This document shows positions 1 to 11,793 of a stretch of DNA of 64,000 nt, in pieces. The notes under the pieces were generated by a model. The model was not told the DNA's origin and did no database searches. It worked only from the letters and a program-made list of their open reading frames with translations. The stretch spans positions 32,001 through 96,000 of the forward strand of contig CBFIGY010000001.1 of the NCBI GenBank assembly GCA_965662235.1. The letters are read 5' to 3'. This DNA is from an uncultured bacterium (GTDB lineage Bacteria; SAR324; NAC60-12). The translations under genes were made by a program, and so were the position numbers. Positions within the stretch are counted from its first letter, which is position 1. Every line of letters starts with the position of its first letter.

Positions 1-453
1 TTTGCCGAAAATCGCGCCCTGATCCTTGGTGGGATTCAGGTTCCCCATGACCGGGGCCTCCTGGGTCATTCAGATGCTGATGTCCTGACCCACGCCCTCA
101 TGGACGCCTTGCTCGGCGCGCTCGCGCTGGGTGACCTCGGTCAGCACTTTCCAGACACGGATCCGGCTTATCAAGGGGCCGACAGTATAAAGCTCCTAGA
201 ACAGGTCGTCCACCTGATTCGGCAGCAGGGTTACGTTTTGGGGAACGCTGACCTGACCCTGATCGCCCAGCGGCCCAAACTGGCGCCCCACCTTCCGGCC
301 ATGCGTCAGAAACTGGCAGCCACGCTTCAGGTGGACCCTGCCCAGGTTTCCATCAAGGCGACCACCACTGAGCGGCTCGGCTTCACCGGTCGAGAGGAAG
401 GAATCGCGGCCCAGGCGTCGGTTCTCCTCAGCCACACCTCCGAAAAAGCTTGA
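1..453 (+). CDS. ispF: 2-C-methyl-D-erythritol 2,4-cyclodiphosphate synthase (5' truncated by window)
   Basis: Frame open from base 1: [40 protein letters not shown]...GDLGQHFPD...[19 protein letters not shown], the IspF signature motifs. Confidence 0.96.
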   Translation, partial: FAENRALILGGIQVPHDRGLLGHSDADVLTHALMDALLGALALGDLGQHFPDTDPAYQGADSIKLLEQVVHLIRQQGYVLGNADLTLIAQRPKLAPHLPAMRQKLAATLQVDPAQVSIKATTTERLGFTGREEGIAAQASVLLSHTSEKA

Positions 454-532
454 AGCTCTGGTGAGACTCCGCTATTTTGGCGGATTATTCATTTTTGTCT
501 TTCAGCAGATCACCCTACAAAAGGCACGGAAC

Positions 533-2638
<2,106 letters not shown>

Positions 2639-2647
2639 GCCCGTTTA

Positions 2648-2671
2648 CGGACGTGGCTTGGGTCACGTCCG
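2648..2671. terminator. Stem-loop between convergent fusA and dctD
   Basis: CGGACGTGGC-TTGG-GTCACGTCCG, 10-bp stem with one G-T pair; no clear U-tract. Confidence 0.5.
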
Positions 2672-2685
2672 TCCCTCCTCCCTGC

Positions 2686-4050
2686 CTACAAGTAATCCTC
2701 CCGATCAATCCCATAGTTCTGCATCTTCTGGTTCAGCGTGCGGCGGGGAACATCCAGTTCTTCCATCACCGCCTTAATGCTGCCGTGGTGCCGCTTCAGG
2801 GACTGTTCAATCACCCGCTTTTCATAGTCGGCCACCTGTTCGGCAAGAGAGGGCTCGTTTTGAGCCCCCGGCAGGGGGTGCATCCGGGACCGCAGCAGGA
2901 CCTCCCACCCTGAAGATCCCGAGCTGAGAACGAAGCGTTCCGCCACATTCTTCAGCTCGCGCACATTCCCAGGCCATGGGTGCTGCTCCAGGATGTCCAT
3001 GTCGTGCCCCTTGAGCGGACGGGCCTGCCGACCATGGGTGGACTGTGCCACACTGACAAAGTGTTCAAAGAGGAGCGGGATGTCTTCCCGACGGTCCCGG
3101 AGCGCTGGGAGGAACAGCTCTGCCACCGCCAGCCGGTAGTACAGATCCTCCCGGAACTTCCCGGCGTCGCTCGCTTCCCGCAGGTCCTGCTTGGTTGCTG
3201 CTGTCACCCGGATGTCCACCACCTTCGCCCGGTTGGCGCCCACACGCAGCACTTCATGCTCCTGAAGCGTCCGGAGCAGTTTGATCTGAAGGTTCAGGGG
3301 CATGCTCTCAATCTCATCCAGCAGCACCGTGCCCCGGTCCGCAAACTCCAGCCGCCCCACCCGTGTTTTGGAAGCGCCCGTGAAGGCTCCGGACTCATGC
3401 CCAAAGAGTTCGCTTTCAAACAACGCCTCCGGAATTGCCCCGCAGTTCAGGGGCACAAAGGCGTTACGGGCCCGTGGACTGAAGTCGTGCAGACACCGGG
3501 CGACCAGCTCCTTTCCGGTCCCGGTTTCCCCGTGAATGAGCACACTGGCATTGGTTTCAGCCAGGTCCAGCACCTGCTGCCGCAGGGTTTCCATGGCCCG
3601 AGAGGTGCCAATCAGTCGGGCCTCAATGCGTCCCTGATTCAGCAGCAGGCGTCGGAGGGATTCATTTTCCAGCACCAGCCGCCGTTGACGGCAACCACGC
3701 CGCACCGACTCCAGCAGGCGTTCCGGATCATAGGGTTTTTCAATGAAGTCAAAGGCCCCGTTTTGCATGGCCTGCACCGCCATGGCAATGTCACCATGCC
3801 CGGTGAGCAGAATCACTGGCAGGTCCGGAAACGCCTCATGCAGCTTTTGGAGCAGCATCAACCCGTCCATGCCCGGCATCCGGACGTCTGACACCACCAC
3901 CCCAGGGAAATCCCAGTGGGCCTGCTCCAACGCCTGAGCCGCTGAGGAACAGGGGGTGACCTCAAAGTCATACAGCTCCAGCCACTGCTGAGCCGACTGG
4001 CGGACCGGGGCTTCATCATCAACCAACAGAACACTTTGAACTTCACGCAT
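2686..4050 (-). CDS. dctD: DctD-like sigma54-dependent response regulator
   Basis: Receiver (LLVDDE, SDVRMPGMDG), AAA+ (GETGTGKE, ESELFGHESGAFTGA, WPGNVREL) and C-terminal HTH; ATG at 4050 overlaps the kinase stop. Confidence 0.88.
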   Translation of the reverse strand: MREVQSVLLVDDEAPVRQSAQQWLELYDFEVTPCSSAAQALEQAHWDFPGVVVSDVRMPGMDGLMLLQKLHEAFPDLPVILLTGHGDIAMAVQAMQNGAFDFIEKPYDPERLLESVRRGCRQRRLVLENESLRRLLLNQGRIEARLIGTSRAMETLRQQVLDLAETNASVLIHGETGTGKELVARCLHDFSPRARNAFVPLNCGAIPEALFESELFGHESGAFTGASKTRVGRLEFADRGTVLLDEIESMPLNLQIKLLRTLQEHEVLRVGANRAKVVDIRVTAATKQDLREASDAGKFREDLYYRLAVAELFLPALRDRREDIPLLFEHFVSVAQSTHGRQARPLKGHDMDILEQHPWPGNVRELKNVAERFVLSSGSSGWEVLLRSRMHPLPGAQNEPSLAEQVADYEKRVIEQSLKRHHGSIKAVMEELDVPRRTLNQKMQNYGIDREDYL

Positions 4051-5800
4051 ACGTCGGAGAAGGAAGAGGGAGAACCAAAATAAACACGGCTCCTCCGGAG
4101 TCTCGGTTGGCCGCACGGATGCGACCCCGGTGGGCCTGAGCGATGCCATAGGCAATGGAGAGTCCCAACCCCAACCCCTGCCCATCCAGCTTGCGCGTGA
4201 AGAAGGGTTCAAACAGGTGGGGCAGGTCCTCCGGGTCAATGCCAGGACCATTGTCCAGAAACTCAACCTGAACCTGTTCCTGCTGCTGGAGCACCCGAAT
4301 GATCAGTTCCTGATCCGGGGTGCCGTCCATTGCATCTAGGGCATTGGAGATGAGGTTCACAAAGAGCTGCTGCAGCTGCAACGGGTCTCCCACCACCTCA
4401 ATCGGCTGCTCCCATCCCTCCGTCCGGAGGGTCAGGGAGGGAGACTCGAGGCGCTCCAGAAATAAATCCAGCGCATAACGGAGGACCTCCTGAAGGTTCG
4501 CCTGCACCGCCGTCTGTTCGGACTTGCGGGCAAAGACCTTCAGCTGGCGAGCAATGGCCGAAACGCTCTGGACCAGTTTCAGCAGCCGCTCCAGGTTTTC
4601 CGCCACCACCTCCAGCCGTCCCTTCTGCAGAAGCAGTCGCGAGCTTGCCACAAAGTTCTGCATGGCGGTGAGGGGCTGGTTGAGTTCGTGAGCCACTGCC
4701 GCGGACATCTGCCCCAGCGCCGCCAGCTTTCCCGCCTGGATGAGCTCCCGCTGCGTCGCCTGCAGTTCGCGGGTCCGTTCATCAACCCGCTGCTCCAGCT
4801 GATCCCGGGATTCCTGCAGCGACTGCATCTTGGCACGTCGTTCGCGCTGAAACAGCCACAGGGCCGTCAGGAGCCCCAGCACTCCCAACGCGGCCAGCGC
4901 AGACTCTCCCGCCCGCTGCTCCACAGGCGACAGCGGGGTCAGGTAGTAGAGGGTCCAGCCCAGATCACGGAGGGGCATCTCCTGCACCATGTACTCCTCC
5001 ACCGGATCCTGGGGCACTGTCAGGAGCAGCGCCGAAGACCACCAGGCCGGCTGCACGGCTCCCAGAGGCGCTAGGTTGACGCCCTCGTACTGCCGCTGCT
5101 GCTCAATGGACCGCTGGTCCTCTTCACTCAGCAACCGTAGGGTCCGGAAGCGCCACTCCTTGCGACTGGACAGGGCAATGACCCCCCGAGCGTCTGCGAC
5201 CAGCACATTTTCCTGCGCGGTGGACCAGTCTCCCTGGAGCGCCTCTAGGCTGATCTTCACCACCGCAACTCCGGACACCTCTGCCCGTCGGGACACCGAG
5301 TGCGCCAGGTAGTACCCGGGCTGTCCGGTGGTGGTGCCAATGGCGTAGAACCGTCCCTCCCCCTGGGCAGAGGCCTGCTGAAAGTAAGGACGATAACGAA
5401 ACGACTGCCCCATCAGCGAATCAGATGCATCAAAGTTGCTCGACGCAACCGTGGTGCCTTCATCGTCCAAAACATACAGCAGGGCGGCACCGGAACGTCC
5501 GGCCACCCGCTTCAGCTTGCGGCTGACGTAGTCCTGCAATGGCGCTCGGGTGAAGTCCTGGCTCCGGAGCAGGGCTTGAACAGAGGGGTCTTCAGAGAGG
5601 AGAAAGGGCAGGTACTGGTACTGGGCAATCGCCCCGCGGAGGCTGCTTCCGTAAAGGCTGAGCCGAGAAGCCGCCTGCTCCTGCAGCTCACGCTCCGCAG
5701 TGCGCCAGCCCTGGTAGGCCGCCAGCCCCGTCAGGATCCCAACTAGGCTCAGAAGCAACCAGCCAACAAGCGAACGTCGGGACGGGGCGGGCGAAACCAT
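4043..5800 (-). CDS. dctB: DctB-like sensor histidine kinase
   Basis: Two TMs, Cache domain (FRYRPYF, FYAIGTTTGQPGYY), H-box AHELNQPL, N/G boxes (NLISNA, DNGPGI, GLGLGLSI). Confidence 0.88.
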   Translation of the reverse strand: MVSPAPSRRSLVGWLLLSLVGILTGLAAYQGWRTAERELQEQAASRLSLYGSSLRGAIAQYQYLPFLLSEDPSVQALLRSQDFTRAPLQDYVSRKLKRVAGRSGAALLYVLDDEGTTVASSNFDASDSLMGQSFRYRPYFQQASAQGEGRFYAIGTTTGQPGYYLAHSVSRRAEVSGVAVVKISLEALQGDWSTAQENVLVADARGVIALSSRKEWRFRTLRLLSEEDQRSIEQQRQYEGVNLAPLGAVQPAWWSSALLLTVPQDPVEEYMVQEMPLRDLGWTLYYLTPLSPVEQRAGESALAALGVLGLLTALWLFQRERRAKMQSLQESRDQLEQRVDERTRELQATQRELIQAGKLAALGQMSAAVAHELNQPLTAMQNFVASSRLLLQKGRLEVVAENLERLLKLVQSVSAIARQLKVFARKSEQTAVQANLQEVLRYALDLFLERLESPSLTLRTEGWEQPIEVVGDPLQLQQLFVNLISNALDAMDGTPDQELIIRVLQQQEQVQVEFLDNGPGIDPEDLPHLFEPFFTRKLDGQGLGLGLSIAYGIAQAHRGRIRAANRDSGGAVFILVLPLPSPTYA

Positions 5801-5848
5801 GGGCCTTCCAAGAGAGGCAGCCTGGACCAGAGTCCAGAGGAGAGGCGG

Positions 5849-6844
5849 TTACTGCTGGTCGGCGTTCAGGGTCTTGCCCTGTTCCTTCCAGAACTTCTGG
5901 GCGCCTGCATGCACCGGGGTCACAATTCCCGTCAGTCCGGAACCAATGCTCATGGCCTTGGCTGTTGACTTCACCGAGACCAGGTACTTGAGTCCGGCAT
6001 CTGCAAACACCTGCTTAGCGGCCTCGTAGACCGTGTCTTCCGAGACGTGACGACCTGCTGTCCACAGGGCGGAATCCTGCACCGTGACGACATCGTAGTC
6101 CACTCCCTGATAAGTTCCAGCAGGAATCACCACCTTTGAGTAGAAGGGGTAGTCCTTGAAGAGCTTTCCATTCTTCTCTGCCTCAGCATACACCTGAATC
6201 AGGCGAATTGGATTGGAGGCAGCAGCCTGAATCACAGAAGAGTTGGGGAAGCCCGCAAAGACCCAAAGGGCCGCAACCTGGTTGTCTCCCAATGCGGAGG
6301 CGCCTTGGTTGTATCCCACAAACTGCGGGTCAATCTTGTCCCAAATGCCAACGCTCTCAAAGTAGCGTTGTGCAGAAGCAGCGGCTCCTGAACCGGCGGC
6401 GCCAACGGCCACTTTCTTCCCAACCAGTTCCTCTACGGTGGTGATGCCCGAATTTTCCAGCACAATCAGGTGGGCCGGCGCGCCATAGAGGTAGGCTACC
6501 GCATGAACGTTGCGGTACTGCTTCGTGTCCTTGGTCAGGCGCCCGTTTCGTCCAAGGTAGAGGTCCCCGGAGTAGGTGATGCCAAAGTCGGCGTCTCGTG
6601 AGTTGACACGCCGTAGGTTTTCCACAGAGCCGGCAGAGGCCATGTTGGAAACCTCAATGCCCCCCATGTTCTTTGACAGGTAGGTGGACATGCCGTTGGA
6701 GAAGTACTGGAAGGTCCCGCCGTCCGGGCCTCCGGAGAAGGCGAGGTACTTTTGGGCAGAAGCCGGGGTGGCCAGCAGCAGAGTGGCCGCCAGAGCCGTT
6801 GTCAGAGCGGTGACCGCTTTTCGAAAGATGCGTGTCCGTTGCAT
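5849..6844 (-). CDS. TAXI-family TRAP transporter solute-binding subunit
   Basis: Signal peptide; GGPDGGTF, SAGSVENL, GAAGSG, IPAGTY, PVHAGA motifs. Confidence 0.92.
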   Translation of the reverse strand: MQRTRIFRKAVTALTTALAATLLLATPASAQKYLAFSGGPDGGTFQYFSNGMSTYLSKNMGGIEVSNMASAGSVENLRRVNSRDADFGITYSGDLYLGRNGRLTKDTKQYRNVHAVAYLYGAPAHLIVLENSGITTVEELVGKKVAVGAAGSGAAASAQRYFESVGIWDKIDPQFVGYNQGASALGDNQVAALWVFAGFPNSSVIQAAASNPIRLIQVYAEAEKNGKLFKDYPFYSKVVIPAGTYQGVDYDVVTVQDSALWTAGRHVSEDTVYEAAKQVFADAGLKYLVSVKSTAKAMSIGSGLTGIVTPVHAGAQKFWKEQGKTLNADQQ

Positions 6845-6905
6845 GAAAGTCTCCTATCAGGTTGATGAACTGTAGCACTCCGTCTTCCGGAGGCTGATCT
6901 GCGGT

Positions 6906-7373
6906 TCAGGCACGTGCATCACGAGGTGATGACGGACGGTGGGGGACCGTCAGAACCGGAATTGGCGAATTGCGGACCACCCGCTCCGCCGTTGAGCCAA
7001 TCAGCACCTGCTCCAGCGCCGACCGTCCCGTGCTCCCCAAAATGATCAAATCGGCCCCCACCCGCTCCGCCTCCAGCAGAATCTCCCGGAACCCCACGCC
7101 AGCAGCAATCCGGGTGGTGTACGGGTGAGGAGCAAAGTGCTGGTGACAGAAGGCGGCCAGCTCCTCTTCAGCGAGCTGCACCACCTCGTGACTCAGGGAC
7201 TGGAGCACCTCATCTGTGAGGCGCTTGCGCCGCCGGTCCACCAGCTCCGTGACCACATGGACCACATGAAGCCGAGCACCGGTCAGTTCCAGAAGCCCCT
7301 GCACGTACCGGCAGGTCTCCTGGGCCCCTGATGAAAAATCAGTGGCCAGTAAAAGGGTTTGAAATGGATTCAC
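6906..7373 (-). CDS. Universal stress protein (TRAP-associated, TeaD-like position)
   Basis: LLATDFS...ADLIILGSTG...IGSTAERVVRNSPIPVLTV; GTG start with GGAGG RBS. Confidence 0.9.
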   Translation of the reverse strand: MNPFQTLLLATDFSSGAQETCRYVQGLLELTGARLHVVHVVTELVDRRRKRLTDEVLQSLSHEVVQLAEEELAAFCHQHFAPHPYTTRIAAGVGFREILLEAERVGADLIILGSTGRSALEQVLIGSTAERVVRNSPIPVLTVPHRPSSPRDARA

Positions 7374-7391
7374 TTCCTCCTCGTATCAGCA

Positions 7392-9581
7392 TCAGGAAAC
7401 GGCGGGAGAAGAAGTCTGAGCGTCCCGCTGGATCCACCAGACGAACGCCACCAGCGCCAGACCCAGGGCGTCGGTTTCAAAGGTGGGCCAGTACAGCAGA
7501 AACGTTCCCACGCCCAGCAACACCCACTCGTACAGCTTGGTCCGCCTCCGGAAGAACCCCATGGAGAAGGCACTGAACGCAATGGTCCCCAGCACAGCCG
7601 ACAGGAAGGCACTGAAGACCTCCAGTGTCGTTCCATCCAAAAGGATTCCTGGGACGTAGGCAAAGAGCAGCGGCATCACATAGAGCAGTTTCGCAAACTT
7701 GAAGGACGTCCACCCCGTCTTCCAGGGGTCAGCTCCTGCGATTGCCGCTCCTGCATACGCGGCCACGCACACCGGCGGAGTGATGTTGGAGTCCTGCGAA
7801 AGCCAATAGACGATCATGTGGGCTGCTATCACGGACACGCCATACTGTCCCAGCGCTGGAACTGCCAGGACGGCGACAATCAGGTAGGCTGCGGTTACCG
7901 GAACCCCCATGCCCAGCACCAGAGAGGCAATTGCAATCAGAACCACCGCCAGCAACAGGCTCTCTCCCGCCATGGAGATCACTAGGTCGGAGAACTTCAG
8001 TCCCATCCCCGTCAGGGAAATGGTTCCGACAATCACCCCAATCACGCCAATGGTCGCGCCCACCACCAGGGTGCTGTCGGCTCCTTTGAGGATGGCGTTC
8101 CAGATCTCCTTGGGCCCCATCCGGGTTTCCGGTTTCACCCAGCTGATGGCAATGCAGGAAAGCGTTGCCCAGAAGGCAGCGTTTCCAGGGGACCGTCCGA
8201 GGAACATCAAGGCCGTGATGATGACCAGCGGGAGGGAGTAGTACCACCCGTCCTTGAGCACAATCTTCCAGTGCGGAACCTCTTCGGAGAGATCCAACCC
8301 GCCCAGGCCCTGCTTCTTCGCCTCAAAGTGGATCATTCCAAACACCGAGAGGAAGTAGAGCAACGCGGGTCCCACCGACATCAGCATGATGTCCGCATAG
8401 GAGATCCCTGTCAGCTCGGCCATCAGGAATCCGCCGGCTCCCATGATCGGTGGCAGGAACATGCCTCCAATGGAGGCCGACGGTTCAATCGCTCCGGCGA
8501 CATGAGGCCGGAACCCTGCTCGCTTCATCAGGGGAATCGTAAAGGACCCCGTGGAAACGGTGTTGGCAATGGCCGATCCTGAAACCGAACCAAACAGCGC
8601 CGAGGAAAGGACCGCAACCTTGGCCGGACCTCCGGTTGCGCCTCCGGCAATGGCGAGGGGCAGGTCGATGAAGAAGCGTCCGGCTCCGGAGGCCTGCAGA
8701 AAGGCCCCAAAGAAGATGAAGAGGATGACGTAGGTGGCCAGGACGTTTGCCATCACCCCAAACACCCCGTTGGTGGTCAGGAACAGCGACGTCGCCAAGC
8801 GTTCAAAACGGAACCCGCGGTGGGCCAACAGATCCGGAAGGTAGGGCCCAAAGAGCCCGAAGCAGATCATGCCAATGCCAATCAGGGTGATCGACCACCC
8901 CAGCACCCGACGGCACACCTCCAGCGACAGCAGCAGCCCAATGATGCTCACCAGCATGTCGACCTCATTCTCAGCACCTGCCCGGTAGTTCAGGTCCTCA
9001 AACTGGCTGATCCAGTACAGCACCGTCACAGCCATGCCGGTTGCCAGAATGTGGTCGCTGATGCTGGGAACGTTCTTGGAGAAACGCAGGAGCTTGCGGT
9101 CCAGCAGTGCGAGCGGCACTGCTAACACCGGCACCAACAGCACCGTGTACAGAAGGTTCCCTAGGTCCTGCTCCAGCGCGAACGCCAGACCGTCGTATTC
9201 CCAGGTCTCTCGGAAGAGCCCAATCTGCTGATAGAAGCGGGTAAAGTCTTCAAAAATCACCCCTCCAGAAAGCAGCACCGAAAGCAACGTTCCTGCAGCA
9301 AGCGCCATCAGGTCATGCGCCAGCGTTCCCCCAGCGGGATAGAGCAGAAACACCAGCACACAGGTGATGAGCACGTAGATGCCTAGGTGGTACTGTGTCC
9401 CCAGAGCCTGAAAACCAGCCCCGTAGAAGTAGATCAGAACCAGCGACGCAGAAAGCCCTGCTCCAAACCAACGCCACACGCTCCCGAGCGAACGCTCCGT
9501 CTTACTCTCTTGCTCCAGCAACGCCTGCAGACGAGCCTGATTTTCGGAATCCGACTCGACCGTTTCCTTGTTCTCGATCAC
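7392..9581 (-). CDS. TRAP transporter fused 4TM/12TM permease
   Basis: GGPAKVAV, SGSAIAN, GMGVPVTAAY, ITPPV motifs; polytopic membrane protein. Confidence 0.93.
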   Translation of the reverse strand: MIENKETVESDSENQARLQALLEQESKTERSLGSVWRWFGAGLSASLVLIYFYGAGFQALGTQYHLGIYVLITCVLVFLLYPAGGTLAHDLMALAAGTLLSVLLSGGVIFEDFTRFYQQIGLFRETWEYDGLAFALEQDLGNLLYTVLLVPVLAVPLALLDRKLLRFSKNVPSISDHILATGMAVTVLYWISQFEDLNYRAGAENEVDMLVSIIGLLLSLEVCRRVLGWSITLIGIGMICFGLFGPYLPDLLAHRGFRFERLATSLFLTTNGVFGVMANVLATYVILFIFFGAFLQASGAGRFFIDLPLAIAGGATGGPAKVAVLSSALFGSVSGSAIANTVSTGSFTIPLMKRAGFRPHVAGAIEPSASIGGMFLPPIMGAGGFLMAELTGISYADIMLMSVGPALLYFLSVFGMIHFEAKKQGLGGLDLSEEVPHWKIVLKDGWYYSLPLVIITALMFLGRSPGNAAFWATLSCIAISWVKPETRMGPKEIWNAILKGADSTLVVGATIGVIGVIVGTISLTGMGLKFSDLVISMAGESLLLAVVLIAIASLVLGMGVPVTAAYLIVAVLAVPALGQYGVSVIAAHMIVYWLSQDSNITPPVCVAAYAGAAIAGADPWKTGWTSFKFAKLLYVMPLLFAYVPGILLDGTTLEVFSAFLSAVLGTIAFSAFSMGFFRRRTKLYEWVLLGVGTFLLYWPTFETDALGLALVAFVWWIQRDAQTSSPAVS

Positions 9582-9645
9582 GTGTGCCTCCTGCGTCTTG
9601 CGCCATTCGCTCGTTTCCCCGTAGCGGGATGCCTACGAATCCTTC

Positions 9646-9661
9646 AGCAAGCCAGAGACCA
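9646..9661 (-). promoter_or_regulatory. sigma54 (-24/-12) promoter of the TRAP-TAXI operon
   Basis: Minus strand TGGTCTCTGGCTTGCT has exact GG-N10-GC spacing, about 65 nt upstream of the permease start. Confidence 0.65.
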
Positions 9662-9722
9662 CACCGTGACTCGAGTTAACGCCCTGTTTTCAAAAGACTT
9701 AATGAGGACGCTCTCCCTTTGA

Positions 9723-9772
9723 TAAGCGAAAAACCGCTCATCAAGCGACTTAGATAAGCAATAAATTGCTTA
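9723..9772. promoter_or_regulatory. Tandem DctD-type upstream activator sequences
   Basis: TAAGCGAAAAACCGCTCA (9723-9740) and TAAGCAATAAATTGCTTA (9755-9772), 18-bp dyads 32 bp apart resembling the rhizobial DctD site TGTGCGGAAATCCGCACA. Confidence 0.65.
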
Positions 9773-9859
9773 TTAAAGGGAAAGAGCGAGGCACGTCGGT
9801 GACCCGGATCAGAAGCCGATGGGCCTGTGCTGGAAGAAGAGAGCTTAGGAAAGGAGGCG

Positions 9860-9886
9860 TCCTCCGGAGTCAAATGCTCCGGAGGA
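9860..9886 (-). terminator. Hairpin downstream of the aminotransferase gene
   Basis: TCCTCCGGAG-TCAAATG-CTCCGGAGGA, perfect 10-bp stem just after the stop codon. Confidence 0.55.
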
Positions 9887-9893
9887 GTCAGGA

Positions 9894-11063
9894 TCAGGCG
9901 CCGTAGAATTCAGCGACTTTGCGGGTGACGTACTGCAGGGCGTCTTCACTCACTCCGGGATAGACCGGAAGCGAAAGGATGGACGTGGCCGCCGTGTTGG
10001 AGACGGGGAAGTCTTCCTCGCGGTAGCCCAGCGGAGCAAAGCACTCCTGCTTGTGGAACGGCAGAGGGTAGTAAATCTCAGAGGCAATTCCTTCCTTCTG
10101 CAGGAAGTCCCGCAGCTCGTCGCGTCTGAGCGCCCGGACCATGAACTGGTTGTAGATGTGCCGATTCGGCAGAGAGGCGTCGTGCACGGCATCTGGCAGG
10201 CGCACAAACTCATTCAGGCCCGCCTTCTGGAAGAGCTCCTGATACCGGGCAGCGTTGTGCTGACGCTGCTGGTGCCACTCGTCCAGGCGCTTTAGCTTCA
10301 AGCGCACCACCGTCGCCTGAATCGGATCCAGACGGAAGTTGCCTCCGATCACCTTGTGGAAGTAACGCTGCTCCCCTCCGTGGACCCGTTTGATCCGCAT
10401 CTTCTGCGCCAGCTCCGGATCATTGACAGAGATGATGCCTCCGTCGCCGATGCCACCCAGGTTTTTCGAGGGAAAGAACGAAAAGCAGCCCGCGGCCCCC
10501 ACGCTTCCGGCCCGGTGCTTCTTTCCCTGATAAAGGCACTCCGCGCCAATCGCTTGAGCCGCGTCTTCAACCACGGGAACGCCCAGTTCCTGAGCCACTT
10601 CCATGAGGCCATCCATGTCGGCACACTGTCCGTACAGGTGCACCGGCATGATCGCCTTAACACGGCTCCGTTCGTCAGCGCTCAGGCCCTGCATCACCAC
10701 TCGGATCTGATCCGGATCCATGTTGAAGGTCACCGGGTCGATGTCGACAAAAACCGGCCGAGCGTTGAGTCGAGAGATCACTCCGGCAGTGGCAAAGAAC
10801 GAAAAGTCGGTTGTCAGCACAAGGTCTCCCGGACCAATGTCCAGAGCCATCAGCGCCAGCAGGAGGGCGTCGGTTCCGGAAGAGACCCCCACCGCGTCGG
10901 TGGTACCGCAGTAGGCGGCAATCTCTTTCTCCAGCTCGTCCACTTCCGGACCCATGATGTAGCGGGTGGAATCAATCACGTTTGTCACCGCTTCCAGGAT
11001 CTCAGCCCGCATTTCTTCCAGCTGGGGCTTCAGGTCAAGGAGAGGAATGGTCATTTCCGGCAT
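9894..11063 (-). CDS. DegT/DnrJ/EryC1/StrS-family PLP aminotransferase (nucleotide-sugar)
   Basis: SSGTDAL, PVHLYGQ, EDAAQAIG, FSFFPSKNLGGIGDGG. Confidence 0.93.
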   Translation of the reverse strand: MPEMTIPLLDLKPQLEEMRAEILEAVTNVIDSTRYIMGPEVDELEKEIAAYCGTTDAVGVSSGTDALLLALMALDIGPGDLVLTTDFSFFATAGVISRLNARPVFVDIDPVTFNMDPDQIRVVMQGLSADERSRVKAIMPVHLYGQCADMDGLMEVAQELGVPVVEDAAQAIGAECLYQGKKHRAGSVGAAGCFSFFPSKNLGGIGDGGIISVNDPELAQKMRIKRVHGGEQRYFHKVIGGNFRLDPIQATVVRLKLKRLDEWHQQRQHNAARYQELFQKAGLNEFVRLPDAVHDASLPNRHIYNQFMVRALRRDELRDFLQKEGIASEIYYPLPFHKQECFAPLGYREEDFPVSNTAATSILSLPVYPGVSEDALQYVTRKVAEFYGA

Positions 11064-11086
11064 AAGGCCCTCGTTCCATCAAAAAG

Positions 11087-11785
11087 TTAAAGCAACACGC
11101 GTATGTCGTAGAACGCGTGCGTGTACGCCGCAGCGGCAAAGCCACGGAAGTAATACAGCACCGTGAACAGCAACCCGGCAATCCAGCGGAACAGAAAGCT
11201 GTAGAAGCTGAAGGAGTCCGCCATGTTGCCCACGTAGTGGCTCAGGGAAAACAGAAACGCCGCCACCGTGACCGAAATCAGCGCGGCCCAGAAGTCGCTG
11301 CGCAGCAGGGGCCGGAGCAAAAACAGCAGGAAGTTCAGCAGCAGCACCCGAAAGAATAGCTCCTCAAACAGTCCAGCTCCCAGCGACAGGGCTAGGTTCT
11401 GCAGCAGACCAGAGCTTCCGTAGGCGCCCACCGACAACAAAATGGGACTCAGGATCAGGTGAATCACCAATCCAAACACCAGACTGTACGCCAGCGACTC
11501 CAACAGAAGCAGGCCGATGTACTTTGTCCGGAGCATCACTCCAGGAGACAGCATCTTCGCCGGCACCAGCAGCGCCAGGGCGACCACAATCATGACAAAG
11601 GGAATCAGAGGCGGGCTGACCTCAAAGGCTCTCAGGAAGAAGCGGATCCACACGTCTGCAGCATTCCGGACCGCCCAGTATCGGGTCTCGGTCAACACAA
11701 CCAAGACCTCGTACCCGACCAGCAGGGGAATGGCTAAGACAACAGAATAAAAAGGAGAGCGCGTGGCCTCCAGATACTCACGCAT
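11087..11785 (-). CDS. CPBP (Abi/CAAX) intramembrane glutamic endopeptidase
   Basis: EELFFR, FSLSH and HAFYD motifs in a hydrophobic protein. Confidence 0.85.
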   Translation of the reverse strand: MREYLEATRSPFYSVVLAIPLLVGYEVLVVLTETRYWAVRNAADVWIRFFLRAFEVSPPLIPFVMIVVALALLVPAKMLSPGVMLRTKYIGLLLLESLAYSLVFGLVIHLILSPILLSVGAYGSSGLLQNLALSLGAGLFEELFFRVLLLNFLLFLLRPLLRSDFWAALISVTVAAFLFSLSHYVGNMADSFSFYSFLFRWIAGLLFTVLYYFRGFAAAAYTHAFYDIRVLL

Positions 11786-11793
11786 GTGAGAAA

